Below, in pieces: positions 47,415 to 57,917 of a DNA stretch of 64,000 nucleotides. The DNA comes from Turneriella sp. GTDB lineage: Bacteria > Spirochaetota > Leptospiria > Turneriellales > Turneriellaceae. The notes beneath the pieces were generated by a model. It worked only from the letters and a program-made list of their open reading frames with translations. It was not told the DNA's origin and did no database searches. The stretch spans positions 1,280,001 through 1,344,000 of the forward strand of contig CBDIID010000003.1 of the NCBI GenBank assembly GCA_965279515.1, in the 5' to 3' direction. Made by a program: the position numbers and the translations under genes. How positions within the stretch are numbered: position 1 is the first letter of the stretch; every line of letters starts with the position of its first letter.

Positions 47415-48773
47415 ATGAAAAAAATTAAATTCGACCGCGACGGCGACAGAATCGTCATCGCTGGTGCAGTCAGAACCCCCGTCGGCCAGGCAGGGTCTGC
47501 CCTCTCGGGCAAACAAGCGTTTGAGCTCGGCACACTTGTTGTGGAAGAAGTCATCAAGCGTGCGAAGCTCGATAAGAAAAACATCGACGGCGTCGTCGCC
47601 GGCGAAATTTCGCAGTCGTCCAAAGCACCCAATGCGGCGCGTGTAATTTCTGTAAAAACGGAAATCCCACTCGGAGCGAATGCGGTGACTATTGCGAATA
47701 ACTGCGTTTCTGGTTACGAAGCAATCTTCGAAGCCTCTCGCCGTATCATCATGGGCGAAAACGAACTGATCGTCGTGGTTGGTGAAGAGTCCATGTCAAA
47801 CATGCCGATCTACCTCGATGGCGCGAAACAAAATTCTAAAACAGCGAACGTCGATAAACTGAAAGCAAACTGGGCCGATGTGCCTAACATGCCCGATGTG
47901 AAACTCATCGACGGTGTTGCAGAAGGCCTCAACGACCCGATACGCGATGCAATGATGTTTGCGACAGCAGAAATTGTTGCGCAGAAACTCAACCTGAAGC
48001 GCGAAGATCTAGACAAATACGCACACGGCTCGTACAAAAAGGCGCATGATTCCCTCGTTGCCGGCAAGTATGACAAATACCTGCTCCCGGTGAAATATGG
48101 CGAGAAACCCGAAGAAATTCTTGATAAGGATGAATTCGTGATGGGCAAAACCGGCTTTATCGAAAAGCCGGAACGCTTCGCTAAATCACCCGTGATCTAC
48201 GAAAAAATGCCTGGCGGCCTCAAAGGTCTCTATGACAAATTCGAAAAATGGATCGGTAAAAAATACGAAGAGACCATGAAGCCCGTGGTGACACTCTTCA
48301 ACGCCTGCCCGCAATCCGACGGCGCCGGCGCGGTGATCATCACCACTGAATCCAAAGCGAAAGAACTCGGTCTGCCGATTCTCGCTAAGATCAAAGGCTG
48401 GGGTTATGGCGGCGTAGATCCGGCTGTGATGGGTCTTGGCATCGCGTACGCGATGAAAGAAGCGCTCGAGAACACTGGCCTGAAGTGGGAAGATATCAAC
48501 ACCTATGAGATCCACGAAGCCTTTGCCGCCACGGCACTCGGTTCGATGGTCGTCGCGCGGGATGAATTCAAACACGACCTCGTGGCACGCCTCGAAAAAG
48601 GCGACGTCAACCCGAACGGCGGCACACTCGCTATGGGCCACCCGCTCGGAGCCACTGGTATTCGCATGGCGATCAACCAGATCATGGACCTCGATGCGGG
48701 CGCTAAATACGTGATGGGCTCGATCTGCGCCGGTGGCGGTGTCGGTGGTGCCTTGATTCTCGAAAAGGCTTAA
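47415..48773 (+). CDS. Thiolase (acetyl-CoA acyltransferase)
   Basis: NNCVSG, HEAFAA, GHPLGATG, CAGGG. Confidence 0.93.
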   Translation: MKKIKFDRDGDRIVIAGAVRTPVGQAGSALSGKQAFELGTLVVEEVIKRAKLDKKNIDGVVAGEISQSSKAPNAARVISVKTEIPLGANAVTIANNCVSGYEAIFEASRRIIMGENELIVVVGEESMSNMPIYLDGAKQNSKTANVDKLKANWADVPNMPDVKLIDGVAEGLNDPIRDAMMFATAEIVAQKLNLKREDLDKYAHGSYKKAHDSLVAGKYDKYLLPVKYGEKPEEILDKDEFVMGKTGFIEKPERFAKSPVIYEKMPGGLKGLYDKFEKWIGKKYEETMKPVVTLFNACPQSDGAGAVIITTESKAKELGLPILAKIKGWGYGGVDPAVMGLGIAYAMKEALENTGLKWEDINTYEIHEAFAATALGSMVVARDEFKHDLVARLEKGDVNPNGGTLAMGHPLGATGIRMAINQIMDLDAGAKYVMGSICAGGGVGGALILEKA

Positions 48774-48797
48774 TTTCAGAGCACCTTAGAAAAAGCC

Positions 48798-48821
48798 AAG
48801 CGGCCTCCGGGCCGCTTTTTT
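48798..48821 (+). terminator. Rho-independent terminator of the arsR-etfBA-thiolase operon
   Basis: aagcggcc-tccg-ggccgctt followed by a T run. Confidence 0.85.
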
Positions 48822-48856
48822 ATTGCCATATGAGTCATCCCACTTAACAAGTCCAT

Positions 48857-49600
48857 ATGCAAAGCAAAGGTATTGCGATTCTTGTTACGCTTATTTTCTT
48901 CTCCGGGGCAGTTTTTGCCGATGATATTCCAACGATTCCCTTGCACATTTCAATTATCTCTGAACGGCATGAAGTGGCCAAGGTCTTTAATGAAGAAAAC
49001 ACGGCATGGATCACGGACACCCTAAATCGCGAATTCAAATCCGGCGAGGGAAAACAGTTACTGCGCTTTGAATTGAAACAGGTCACTCAACTCTCTGAAT
49101 CACGGGCACAAGCGGCTTCGTTCTTTGGCATCGATGACCAGAAACAACTGCATCAGAAAATCAAAGAGGCGATCAAAGAACCGCTGCTGCATCCGGATAA
49201 ACTGAACATCTATGTTTTCCTCAACGCACGCGGTATGTCCGCATCGAATGGTGGCAACTATTGTGCGCATCGGACAACGAAGGGCGTCAAAGCGACGGAC
49301 TGTTATACATGGATTTTACTGGATTGGGAAGTTCTGGCAAAAAAGAACAAGAGAACTCTACTGCATGAAGCGGGCCATGTCTTCGGTTTGCCTCACGTAA
49401 CTTATGTCAACGGAGACAAAAAATCACCGGATAATAATGTCATGGCGGGAGATAAAAATCCGGCACCGGTGCCATTGCCCGACGGCGAGTCAGGGTATTA
49501 CTTCACACCTTCACAGGCAGAAAACCTGAAGATCAAATTGGATCTGATTTTGGCCACTTTCTCCCGCGCACGTGCGGGAGAAAAGCTGATCGGCCGTTAG
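48857..49600 (+). CDS. Exported metzincin-type zinc metalloprotease
   Basis: HEAGHVFGLPH plus Met-turn NNVM; signal peptide. Confidence 0.8.
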   Translation: MQSKGIAILVTLIFFSGAVFADDIPTIPLHISIISERHEVAKVFNEENTAWITDTLNREFKSGEGKQLLRFELKQVTQLSESRAQAASFFGIDDQKQLHQKIKEAIKEPLLHPDKLNIYVFLNARGMSASNGGNYCAHRTTKGVKATDCYTWILLDWEVLAKKNKRTLLHEAGHVFGLPHVTYVNGDKKSPDNNVMAGDKNPAPVPLPDGESGYYFTPSQAENLKIKLDLILATFSRARAGEKLIGR

Positions 49601-50397
49601 TTCAGGTTCTGGCGTAAGAACGATAGCAGACTTGCCCACGAGGCGAGATCCGCCTTCGCATCGTATGCCATGCCATGCTCTTTATGGATCGGGTCATTAA
49701 ATTTGTTAGTGAACCCGTGCACGGCGCCGTCGTGCACGATGAACTGGTACTTGACCTTCACCTTGTCAAACTCAGTCTTCAGCGTTTGGATATCCTTCGG
49801 CGGAATGAATTTGTCCGCGCCGCCGTGGTGAATGAGCAGCGGGCCTTTCACATTCTTCGCATCGGCAGCAATCGTCGGAAACGCCAGCGCCGCGTGAAAT
49901 GCCGCAATGCCTTTGACATCGGCGCCCATGAGCCCCGTTTCGATCGCCGCCATGCCACCGAAACAATAACCCATCACGACGATCTTCGCGGGATCGACTT
50001 CCGGGCGCGCCTTAAGTACGCTTAATGCAGTTTCCAGCCGTGAGCGCATCAGCTTGCGGTCTTTGCCATAAGCACCCGACAGTTCAGCCGCCTCTTTGTG
50101 GTCCTTGGCGCGAATACCCTTACCATACATATCCATGGCAAAGGCCACGTAGCCGTTTTCAGCCAGCATCTTTGCGCGCATCCTGGCATAGTCACCGAGA
50201 CCATCCCATTCGTGGATGATAAGCACCGCCGGCAGTTTCTTGTCAGATTTTTTCGGATAGGCGATGAAGCCTTCAAAATCCTTGCCGTCTTGCTGATAGA
50301 CCAGTGTCGAAGTTTCCTGGTGCCGTGACGCATTATTTTCTTTAGGGCCGCAGGCGATAAAAGCGCAGGTGAGCAGAATATAGGTGATTTTTTTCAT
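49597..50397 (-). CDS. Dienelactone hydrolase family lipoprotein
   Basis: IHEWDG, GYCFGG, HGFTN; lipobox FIAC. Confidence 0.9.
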   Translation of the reverse strand: MKKITYILLTCAFIACGPKENNASRHQETSTLVYQQDGKDFEGFIAYPKKSDKKLPAVLIIHEWDGLGDYARMRAKMLAENGYVAFAMDMYGKGIRAKDHKEAAELSGAYGKDRKLMRSRLETALSVLKARPEVDPAKIVVMGYCFGGMAAIETGLMGADVKGIAAFHAALAFPTIAADAKNVKGPLLIHHGGADKFIPPKDIQTLKTEFDKVKVKYQFIVHDGAVHGFTNKFNDPIHKEHGMAYDAKADLASWASLLSFLRQNLN

Positions 50398-50499
50398 GGC
50401 TGATCTTGGATCCTCCCCCGCGGCCGTCAAATCGAATCAGCCCGGCTCTTGCCAGCGGGGTAAAGCTGTACGGCATGTCTCAAAAGCAGTCTCTGGACA

Positions 50500-51738
50500 A
50501 TGTCCGAATTCCAGTCCTTCAAATTCAGCGAAACGCTGGCTAAAAATATCGAGCGTGCCGGCTTTAAAGAGCCGACGCCGATCCAGAAAGAGGCAATCCC
50601 CCATGCGCTTGCGGGCCACGACATTCTTGGACTCGCACAAACCGGCACGGGAAAAACAGCCGCCTTCGTCTTGCCAACGTTACAGCGCCTGCAAGACGGT
50701 GCGCGCGGCCGCGTCCGTGCCCTCGTCATTGCACCGACGCGCGAACTCGCCGAACAAATCCACCAGGTTTTTGTCACTTTAGGCAAAGACCTCAAATTCA
50801 AATCGGTGACGATCTATGGCGGTGCGAGTATGAACCGCCAGTTGGGCGAACTGCGGCGCGGCGTTGACATTATCGTCGCCTGCCCGGGCCGGCTCATGGA
50901 TCATATGCAGAGAAAGACCGTCAATCTTGCGGCTGTCGACACGCTGATTCTCGATGAAGCTGACCAGATGTTCGATATGGGTTTTTTGCCGGCGATCAAA
51001 AAAATTGTCGCGCACCTTCCGGCCGACAGGCAGACCATGCTGTTCTCTGCAACCATGCCCGATGAGATCAGAAAACTTGCGGGTCAGGTGCTGAAAAATC
51101 CCGTGAAAGTTGAACTCGCCCGCGGCCCGGTCGCAACCATCAGCCATGCTCTATATCCCGTGAGCCAGGAGTCGAAGACCGCGCTGCTTATACACCTGCT
51201 CCAGGGCGCCGGCACGGACCCGATCCTCATTTTCACCAAGACAAAACATAAGGCGACACGGCTCGCCGAACAAGTCTCGAAAGCCGGATATACCACGGCG
51301 TCGCTGCAGGGCAACCTGTCGCAGAACAAACGCGACCGCGCACTCGCCGGCTTCAAATCAGGTCAGTTCCAGATTCTGGTGGCGACCGACATCGCCGCGC
51401 GCGGTATCGATGTGAATAATATTTCGCACATCATTAACTATGACGTGCCCGCCAACGGCGAAACCTATATCCACCGCATCGGCAGAACCGCGCGCGCCAC
51501 CAAAAGCGGCGAAGCGTATACGTTTATCACCGGTGAAGATAAAAAGCTGATCCGTGATATTGAAAAATCCCTGGGTAAACCCATCGAGAAGCGGATGGTC
51601 AAAGATTTCGATTATGGCAAAGCCGGCGCGGCATTAGCCGAACTCGCTGCGTCAAAGCCGGCGAGCCAGGACAACGCGCGCCCCAAAGCACAGGGCAAAC
51701 CCCGCCGACAGAGATTCGGCGGGCATGGCCGTCGTTAA
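50500..51738 (+). CDS. DEAD-box RNA helicase (RhlE-like)
   Basis: AQTGTGKT, PTRELA, DEAD, SAT, ARGID, HRIGRTAR. Confidence 0.95.
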   Translation: MSEFQSFKFSETLAKNIERAGFKEPTPIQKEAIPHALAGHDILGLAQTGTGKTAAFVLPTLQRLQDGARGRVRALVIAPTRELAEQIHQVFVTLGKDLKFKSVTIYGGASMNRQLGELRRGVDIIVACPGRLMDHMQRKTVNLAAVDTLILDEADQMFDMGFLPAIKKIVAHLPADRQTMLFSATMPDEIRKLAGQVLKNPVKVELARGPVATISHALYPVSQESKTALLIHLLQGAGTDPILIFTKTKHKATRLAEQVSKAGYTTASLQGNLSQNKRDRALAGFKSGQFQILVATDIAARGIDVNNISHIINYDVPANGETYIHRIGRTARATKSGEAYTFITGEDKKLIRDIEKSLGKPIEKRMVKDFDYGKAGAALAELAASKPASQDNARPKAQGKPRRQRFGGHGRR

Positions 51739-52029
51739 CTATTGTTTCGCGACGATTTTGCTTTTGATACCTTCGTAGGCTGATTTAGAAAGAATCTTCT
51801 TCTTCACGAGGTCATCCTTGCCTTTGTAAGGGCGGCCTTGTACGATCTTTTTTGAAATCGCGGGGCCGATGCCTTTGAGCTTTTGCAGCTCCGCTTCGGA
51901 AGCTGAGTTGATGTCAACGAGGGCAGGCGCTTCCGCTTTCTTTTTCGCCGCCGGCGCTTCGGCAGAAACAAAGGACACGTGCGCGCAAAAGGCGGCAACG
52001 ATCAGTAAAAACGCAAAAATTTTCTTCAT
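51739..52029 (-). CDS. ComEA-like helix-hairpin-helix DNA-binding protein
   Basis: Signal peptide; VDINSASEAELQKLKGIGP..RPY. Confidence 0.85.
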   Translation of the reverse strand: MKKIFAFLLIVAAFCAHVSFVSAEAPAAKKKAEAPALVDINSASEAELQKLKGIGPAISKKIVQGRPYKGKDDLVKKKILSKSAYEGIKSKIVAKQ

Positions 52030-52101
52030 AATACTCTCCTGAATCCAAAATGGATGCGACATAATATAGCTGCCGAACCGGGTTAAAAGAAGTTTTCTTT
52101 T

Positions 52102-53196
52102 TCAGACGTGGCGTTTCGGCGAGAAGCGCAGATAACGCTCCACCAGGCTGAGCTTTTTATCGGTATCGCGCCGCATCGGCGGCATGATGGTATCGGGCAC
52201 ACGGCTCATGGTATCGAGCGTACGCACAAAATCGCTCTTGAGATCGGAAATAATCCGGCGCGGCAACGCGAGCGGATTGCCCTTGTAGACCGTCTTGAGC
52301 AGCTTGCGCGCTTCGCCTTTATCGATGAGGCCGCGGCGCAGCAAATCTTCGGTCGAAGTCGTGAACTCATTCACACCGAAGTCATAGTTGCGTATCATGT
52401 CAGAAACGACACGGAAAAGGCCGGCGCGGTTGATGGCATCCATCTTATAGAGAATGACGGCCGTCTGGAAATAATTCTGCGTTGGCACAACTTTATCTGA
52501 CAACGTCGTGTGAAAATGCGCCGGTGTGCGCTGTTCGAGGTGGATAAAGATTCTCTGCACCGCATCGCGCGGCTTGTAGCCGCTGTCTTTGAGCCGTTTC
52601 AGGTTCTCGGCGATGAGTTCGAGTTCGTCGGGCGCGACCGCCCATTTTTTCAGTATCGTCAGTACTTCGTAGTGCTCGAGGTTGCCGGCAACGATATCAG
52701 CGTAGAGCGCATAAATCGTCGCATCATACTCCGAATCGTCGCCAAAAAGCAGCTCCTGCGCTTTGAGCGGAAACACGCTGCGGGCATAGATCAGCGCCGC
52801 GAGTTTAAATCCGATCTTATCGATAATCTTCTTAAACTGTAACTTTCTCACCGCCGAGCGCCAGTTCTTAAACAAAATGCCGTCGAACCCTACCCCATCG
52901 AGCCGCAGTTTTTCACTGACGACCTTGTGCATTCCCTCGGGGGATCCCGAGATAAAATAGATCGGCACCGGCGGCTGCGAATCTCCCGGTGACCTTCTCA
53001 GTTCACGCACCACAGCCGCAACGCCGGGAATATTTTTCTTTTCTTCGGCCTTTTCGAAAGGAATACGCACGAGCTTGCGTAACGATTCAAACCGGGTATC
53101 CAGGTATGTCTTATCGAGATCGAAGGTGCAGACTAAACCGTCGTATTTCGAATTGCTGCGCTTCAGGCCGTAGATTTTCTCCAGCGACTTCAGCAT
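52102..53196 (-). CDS. HAD-like phosphatase domain protein (App1/DUF2183-like)
   Basis: FDLDKTY, YFISGSP, LFGDDSEYD. Confidence 0.7.
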   Translation of the reverse strand: MLKSLEKIYGLKRSNSKYDGLVCTFDLDKTYLDTRFESLRKLVRIPFEKAEEKKNIPGVAAVVRELRRSPGDSQPPVPIYFISGSPEGMHKVVSEKLRLDGVGFDGILFKNWRSAVRKLQFKKIIDKIGFKLAALIYARSVFPLKAQELLFGDDSEYDATIYALYADIVAGNLEHYEVLTILKKWAVAPDELELIAENLKRLKDSGYKPRDAVQRIFIHLEQRTPAHFHTTLSDKVVPTQNYFQTAVILYKMDAINRAGLFRVVSDMIRNYDFGVNEFTTSTEDLLRRGLIDKGEARKLLKTVYKGNPLALPRRIISDLKSDFVRTLDTMSRVPDTIMPPMRRDTDKKLSLVERYLRFSPKRHV

Positions 53197-53197
53197 A

Positions 53198-54184
53198 TTA
53201 TTTCACAAACAGGTGAATGAGATGATAAAACCCAAGCGCAAAAACAGCACTGATCGGAATCGTAATAATCCATGCCCAGAAAAGTTTTACGGTGATACCC
53301 CAGCGCACCGAACTGATGCGCTTGGCCAGCCCCACACCGATGATACTGCCGGTAATCGTATGCGTAGTACTCACGGGAATCCCCAGGGAACCTGTGGAAA
53401 ACAGCGTAAAAGCGCCGGCAGCCTCGGAGGCAACCCCTTCGAAAGCCGTGAGCTTGGTAATTTTAGAACCCATTGTCTTCACAATGCGCCAGCCGCCGAA
53501 CAGCGTGCCGGTACCGATCGCAACATAACATGCCACCACAACCCATTGGGGCAGCTGGCTGAGGTTCGTGATCTTTCCACTGACGAGCATCGCCGCACCG
53601 ATGATACCCATGACCTTCTGCGCATCGTTGCCGCCATGCCCGAGGGAAAAGGCGGCAGAAGACACAAGCTGAAGCCGCCTGAACCATTTTTCAGCGCGCA
53701 TCGGATGGACGTTTTTACAAATGTGCAGCATGATGATCGAATTCATGTATGAGACCAGCATACCGATAATCGGCGCGAGGAAAATAAACGCAATGATGGG
53801 CCAGATGGTTTTCATCTTCACGACGGCAAAACCACCGTGTGCGATGGCGCCCCCTGCAAAGCCACCGATCAGCGTATGCGACGAACTCGAGGGAATACCG
53901 AAATACCAGGTAATGAGGTTCCAGGTAATCGCGGCGAGAAGACCCGCCATAATCACATACATCGAAATCGCGCTAGTATCGACGGTCTTGGCGACCGTAT
54001 CGGCAACATGCAACTTGAAGATATAAAACGCGAGAAAGTTAAAAAATCCCGCCCAGAGCACCGCCTGCACCGGACTCAGCACCCGCGTAGAGACGACTGT
54101 CGCTATCGAATTCGCGGCGTCGTGAAAGCCGTTGATGAAGTCAAAGAACAGGGCTAGAATGATAACGACGACGAAGATATCCAT
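53198..54184 (-). CDS. pit: Inorganic phosphate transporter (PiT family)
   Basis: NGFHDAANSIATVV, GIPSSSSH, HGGNDAQK, PVSTTH. Confidence 0.93.
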   Translation of the reverse strand: MDIFVVVIILALFFDFINGFHDAANSIATVVSTRVLSPVQAVLWAGFFNFLAFYIFKLHVADTVAKTVDTSAISMYVIMAGLLAAITWNLITWYFGIPSSSSHTLIGGFAGGAIAHGGFAVVKMKTIWPIIAFIFLAPIIGMLVSYMNSIIMLHICKNVHPMRAEKWFRRLQLVSSAAFSLGHGGNDAQKVMGIIGAAMLVSGKITNLSQLPQWVVVACYVAIGTGTLFGGWRIVKTMGSKITKLTAFEGVASEAAGAFTLFSTGSLGIPVSTTHTITGSIIGVGLAKRISSVRWGITVKLFWAWIITIPISAVFALGFYHLIHLFVK

Positions 54185-54186
54185 GT

Positions 54187-54834
54187 TTATGAATATTTAA
54201 TAACGATACTTTCCATGACATCCGCGACGTCTTCGCAACTGTCGGTGGCCGTTTCGAGCACCGCGAGCAGTTCTTTCATCTTGATGAGTTCAATGGCATT
54301 CTTCTGCTTGAGGAACAGCTGCTCAATCGCCGAGTTAAAAATGCGGTCTGCGGCGTTTTCCAGACTGTGGATCTGGACCAGCAAATCGGTGATCTTGCTG
54401 CGCTGTTTGAGATCCATGAGCATTGGTGCGGCAGTTGCCAGTACGCTGATCTGGTCTTGCAGAACCTTCACGAGATCGACCGCGGCCGGCGGAAAAGAAG
54501 CGATATGGTACAGGCGCGTGCGGGCAGCGGCGCCCTGGATATTGTCGGCAATATCGTCGATCGAAGACGCCAAAGCATGCACATCTTCACGGTCGAAGGG
54601 AGTAATGAAGGTTTTTTCCAGCGCGACATAGACCGAATGTGTGATATCGTCGCCGATATTCTCCAAACGGTCTATTTCTTTAGAAAGACGTTCGCGTTCT
54701 TTTTTATTGCGCTCTGTCATCAGCTCATAGAGCGTATTACCCAATACAATCAGGTTATCGGTGTCTTGTTTGAAGAGCGGAGCAAAGGTACGGTCCCGGG
54801 GGGAGAGAAATTTGAATATGGTTGTGAGCGACAT
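54187..54834 (-). CDS. DUF47 / PhoU-like Pit accessory protein
   Basis: FITPFDREDV, ENAAD, DSCEDVAD; upstream of pit. Confidence 0.9.
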   Translation of the reverse strand: MSLTTIFKFLSPRDRTFAPLFKQDTDNLIVLGNTLYELMTERNKKERERLSKEIDRLENIGDDITHSVYVALEKTFITPFDREDVHALASSIDDIADNIQGAAARTRLYHIASFPPAAVDLVKVLQDQISVLATAAPMLMDLKQRSKITDLLVQIHSLENAADRIFNSAIEQLFLKQKNAIELIKMKELLAVLETATDSCEDVADVMESIVIKYS

Positions 54835-54922
54835 TTTTGCCTCGGTAGACCTGAGCTAAGATAGCCGTGTTATGTAAAGTCGTTTGACGGCATGTTTTTA
54901 ACCCCTGTTTTTCCTGAAAGCC

Positions 54923-55519
54923 GTGGCACGTACTGCAAAAATTGAACGCAAAACCAGCGAAACCCAGATTAGCCTGGGCCTGAACCTGGACGGTAACGCC
55001 CGCATGACGGGTGAAAATCCCATTCCCTTTTTTGAACACATGCTGGGCCATATCGTAAAGTACAGCATGATCGATTTGGAGCTGAGTCTCAGGGGTGACA
55101 TCCAGATCGATTGCCACCACTCCGTCGAAGATACCGCGATCGTGTTCGGCCAGGCGCTCGTTCAGGCGCTCGGCAATAAAGCGGGGATCTTCCGCTATGG
55201 CTCATTCACGCTGCCGATGGACGAGGTTCTGACAACTGTGACCATTGACCTTTCCGGCCGGCCCTACTTCAGCTACCGCGGCGAAGCCTTAAAGCCAATG
55301 GGCAAGTTCGGCATCTATGACTCTGAACTCACGCTGGAATTTTTGCACAAACTTTCGATCCATGCCGCGATGAACCTGCACGTCCAGGTACACTATGGCG
55401 ATAACCGCCACCATATCCATGAGTCGATTTTTAAGGCGCTGGGTTTTGCGCTCAGGCAAGCCGTGGCAATCGACACGCGCCGTGCGAATGAAATTCCCTC
55501 GACGAAGGGCAGCCTTTGA
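54923..55519 (+). CDS. hisB: Imidazoleglycerol-phosphate dehydratase
   Basis: [27 protein letters not shown]. Confidence 0.96.
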   Translation: MARTAKIERKTSETQISLGLNLDGNARMTGENPIPFFEHMLGHIVKYSMIDLELSLRGDIQIDCHHSVEDTAIVFGQALVQALGNKAGIFRYGSFTLPMDEVLTTVTIDLSGRPYFSYRGEALKPMGKFGIYDSELTLEFLHKLSIHAAMNLHVQVHYGDNRHHIHESIFKALGFALRQAVAIDTRRANEIPSTKGSL

Positions 55520-55571
55520 CCGGGGCTACACGATGTAGCCTGGTAATGCGCGACCAAGGAGGGTCAGGCGC

Positions 55572-56192
55572 ATGACGCGGGCAAACATCGTTGAGCTCGA
55601 TTTTGGCATGGGCAATATACGCTCGCTGCAAAAGGCTTTTGAACACCTGGGTAAGAGTGTCACTGTGACGAGCGATCCCAAAGTTGCAGAGGCGGCCGAT
55701 GTGCTGCTGCTGCCCGGCGACGGCGCCTTCGCGCGCGCCATGGAAGAAATTCATGCCCGCGGCCTTTATGACGTCATACAGAACGCGCGCGAAAAAAAGA
55801 AAACAATCTTCGGCATCTGCATCGGCTTCCAGCTATTCTTTGAATCTTCCACCGAATTCAAAGACGCAGTGGGATTAAACTTTGTGAAAGGCGCCATCAC
55901 GAGGCTTGAAAAAAATACCGAAGCGCCCGCAATACCCCATATCGGCTGGACAACCACCGACTTTACCGCGGAAAGCCGGCTTGGCCGCGGTATAAATCCG
56001 CACAGCATGTTCTATTACGTACACAGCTATGCCTGCCGCGACAAACATGCGTATGCCGCGGCGACAACGTATTATGGCCAGACATTCACCTCTGTCATCG
56101 AACACGAAAACCTGTTCGCTGTGCAGTTCCATCCCGAGAAATCGCACACGGCCGGGCTGAATCTCATTCAAAACTTTCTGGACCTGTTATGA
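55572..56192 (+). CDS. hisH: Imidazole glycerol phosphate synthase glutaminase subunit
   Basis: GICIGFQ, PHIGW, YYVHSY, QFHPEKS. Confidence 0.95.
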   Translation: MTRANIVELDFGMGNIRSLQKAFEHLGKSVTVTSDPKVAEAADVLLLPGDGAFARAMEEIHARGLYDVIQNAREKKKTIFGICIGFQLFFESSTEFKDAVGLNFVKGAITRLEKNTEAPAIPHIGWTTTDFTAESRLGRGINPHSMFYYVHSYACRDKHAYAAATTYYGQTFTSVIEHENLFAVQFHPEKSHTAGLNLIQNFLDLL

Positions 56193-56926
56193 AACTGATA
56201 CCCGCACTCGATATTCTCGAAGGCAAGGTCGTGCGTCTCTCGCAGGGCGATTATAACAGCGCAAAAATCTACCACAACAAGCCTGTCGATCTCGCGTATT
56301 ATTTTGCCGACCACGGCGCCGAACGCCTGCACCTCGTCGATCTGAAGGGGTCTAAGGAAGGGAAAGTCTGCGAAGGCAAGCTCTTCACAGAGATCCGTCG
56401 CAGCGTGAATATTCCCTGCGAAGTGGGTGGCGGCATCCGCAGCATCGACGACTTCCACTACTATTTCGACGGCGGCTTTGAGGTCGGTAAGGATTTTGTC
56501 ATGGTGGGGTCCCTGCCCTTCGTCGACCGCGCAGCCTTCGATGCGATTGCCGCCGTTTTTACCGAATCGCTGCTCATGACGGTCGATGCCTGGGGCCGTG
56601 AAGTCAAACACTCGGGCTGGCTCAAAGATTCGGGTTACGATGTGGAGAAGCTGATCGCCGAGCTTTCCGAAAAGGGCATCCGCAATTTTCTCGTCACGCA
56701 GATCAAAAAAGATGGCATGCTCGAAGGGCCCGACCTCGAGCTCTACGATTTTCTCAGCGAACGTTTTCCGAAAATCAACCTCATTGCTTCAGGCGGCGTC
56801 AGCTCCATCGCAGATCTCGAGCAACTCGCAGAGCGCAAGCTCTACGGCGCCATTATCGGCCGCGCGTATTACGAAGGCAGAATCACCGCCGAAATGCTGC
56901 GGGCGTTTAGGCAAGGGAAATTCTAA
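56189..56926 (+). CDS. hisA: ProFAR isomerase
   Basis: IPALDILEGKVVRLSQG, LHLVDL, GGGIR, DGMLEGP, ASGGVSS. Confidence 0.93.
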   Translation: MKLIPALDILEGKVVRLSQGDYNSAKIYHNKPVDLAYYFADHGAERLHLVDLKGSKEGKVCEGKLFTEIRRSVNIPCEVGGGIRSIDDFHYYFDGGFEVGKDFVMVGSLPFVDRAAFDAIAAVFTESLLMTVDAWGREVKHSGWLKDSGYDVEKLIAELSEKGIRNFLVTQIKKDGMLEGPDLELYDFLSERFPKINLIASGGVSSIADLEQLAERKLYGAIIGRAYYEGRITAEMLRAFRQGKF

Positions 56927-56986
56927 AAAGCCAAAATCCAGAGCGCACGGGGCTTCGCTTGCGCGCATGACTTTTTAGAATTCCCC

Positions 56987-57775
56987 TTAACCGAGCGTAA
57001 ACTTCAATTCGCGCATGTGCTGCAAAACATCGCGGTTGTAGCGCTCGTTAAAAATCACGTCAGCATAGGGCTTGTGCGTGAAGATTAACATTTCGCCGCC
57101 ATGCCACTCCAGCACCTGCTTCTTTTTATCGCGTATGCGCCCGTCGCTGAGTGCGCGTGAAATTTCGCGAGCGCCGTGCCCGTGCAGGTCGCGCAACAGG
57201 GCGCGGAAAAACGCCTCTTTCGCCGGATCATAAAATTTAAAGGCGCGGTGGAAAAGCAGCGCGTCGTGGAAATATTCCGGTAAATTGAAGCCGCCATAGG
57301 CATGTGTAGCGACGACGAGGTTGCGGAGAAAGACGTCGATACGGTTAAAGATGCCGAGACCGGGGACATCCTGCCCTGGAAACAACCCCCTTGCGCCGCC
57401 CTGCCCCTTCAGAATATGCCGCGATTGCAGCCAGTCGATAAAGAGCATCTTCGTCGCCGGCATCAGCGGATGGCGGTGCAACTTGAAGAAAGACAGCCTG
57501 AGGCGCATGTGGAGGATTTTTTCGCCTTTAAAAGTCAGGTAGAAGCGGTGATCGCGTTCGGTGAGAAATTCGATCTCTAACTTTACCGGATAATAGCCGC
57601 GGTTCTTCAGCTCAGACATGATCTGCGCACGCTCGAGTGCCTGCCAGAGCTGCTGTTCGTCATAGGTCGAAAGAAAGAGCTGCTTACCGCCCGAAGTAAA
57701 ATGTGTGGCGGCCGGCAATTCATCGGCGAAGTCGATCTCTTCGAGATCCTGAAAATCAAACCGCTTTTCGCTCAT
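56987..57775 (-). CDS. Hypothetical protein downstream of the deacetylase
   Basis: 262-aa ORF; FIDWLQ..LFPGQDVPGLG..NLPEYFHDA. Confidence 0.65.
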   Translation of the reverse strand: MSEKRFDFQDLEEIDFADELPAATHFTSGGKQLFLSTYDEQQLWQALERAQIMSELKNRGYYPVKLEIEFLTERDHRFYLTFKGEKILHMRLRLSFFKLHRHPLMPATKMLFIDWLQSRHILKGQGGARGLFPGQDVPGLGIFNRIDVFLRNLVVATHAYGGFNLPEYFHDALLFHRAFKFYDPAKEAFFRALLRDLHGHGAREISRALSDGRIRDKKKQVLEWHGGEMLIFTHKPYADVIFNERYNRDVLQHMRELKFTLG

Positions 57776-57782
57776 TAAGGGC

Positions 57783-57910
57783 CCCGCAAAAGCCGCAAGG
57801 TCATAAGTTCATGAAATACAGAAAGCAGAAGGCAGGCGCTTCGCCGCTTTAGCAGCCGTTTGCGGCACCGCAAACGGCGAGGCCTTCTGCTTTCCAGCGG
57901 CTTTTGCGGG
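57783..57910. repeat. Nested triple inverted repeat (128 bp)
   Basis: 14-bp IR at 57783-57796/57897-57910; 13-bp IR at 57821-57833/57882-57894; 11-bp IR at 57855-57865/57868-57878; all perfect. Confidence 0.85.
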
Positions 57911-57917
57911 AACATAG

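Noticed and set aside
54923..56926. hisF missing from the hisBHA cluster
   Set aside because: Split his operons are common; hisF probably lies elsewhere in the genome.
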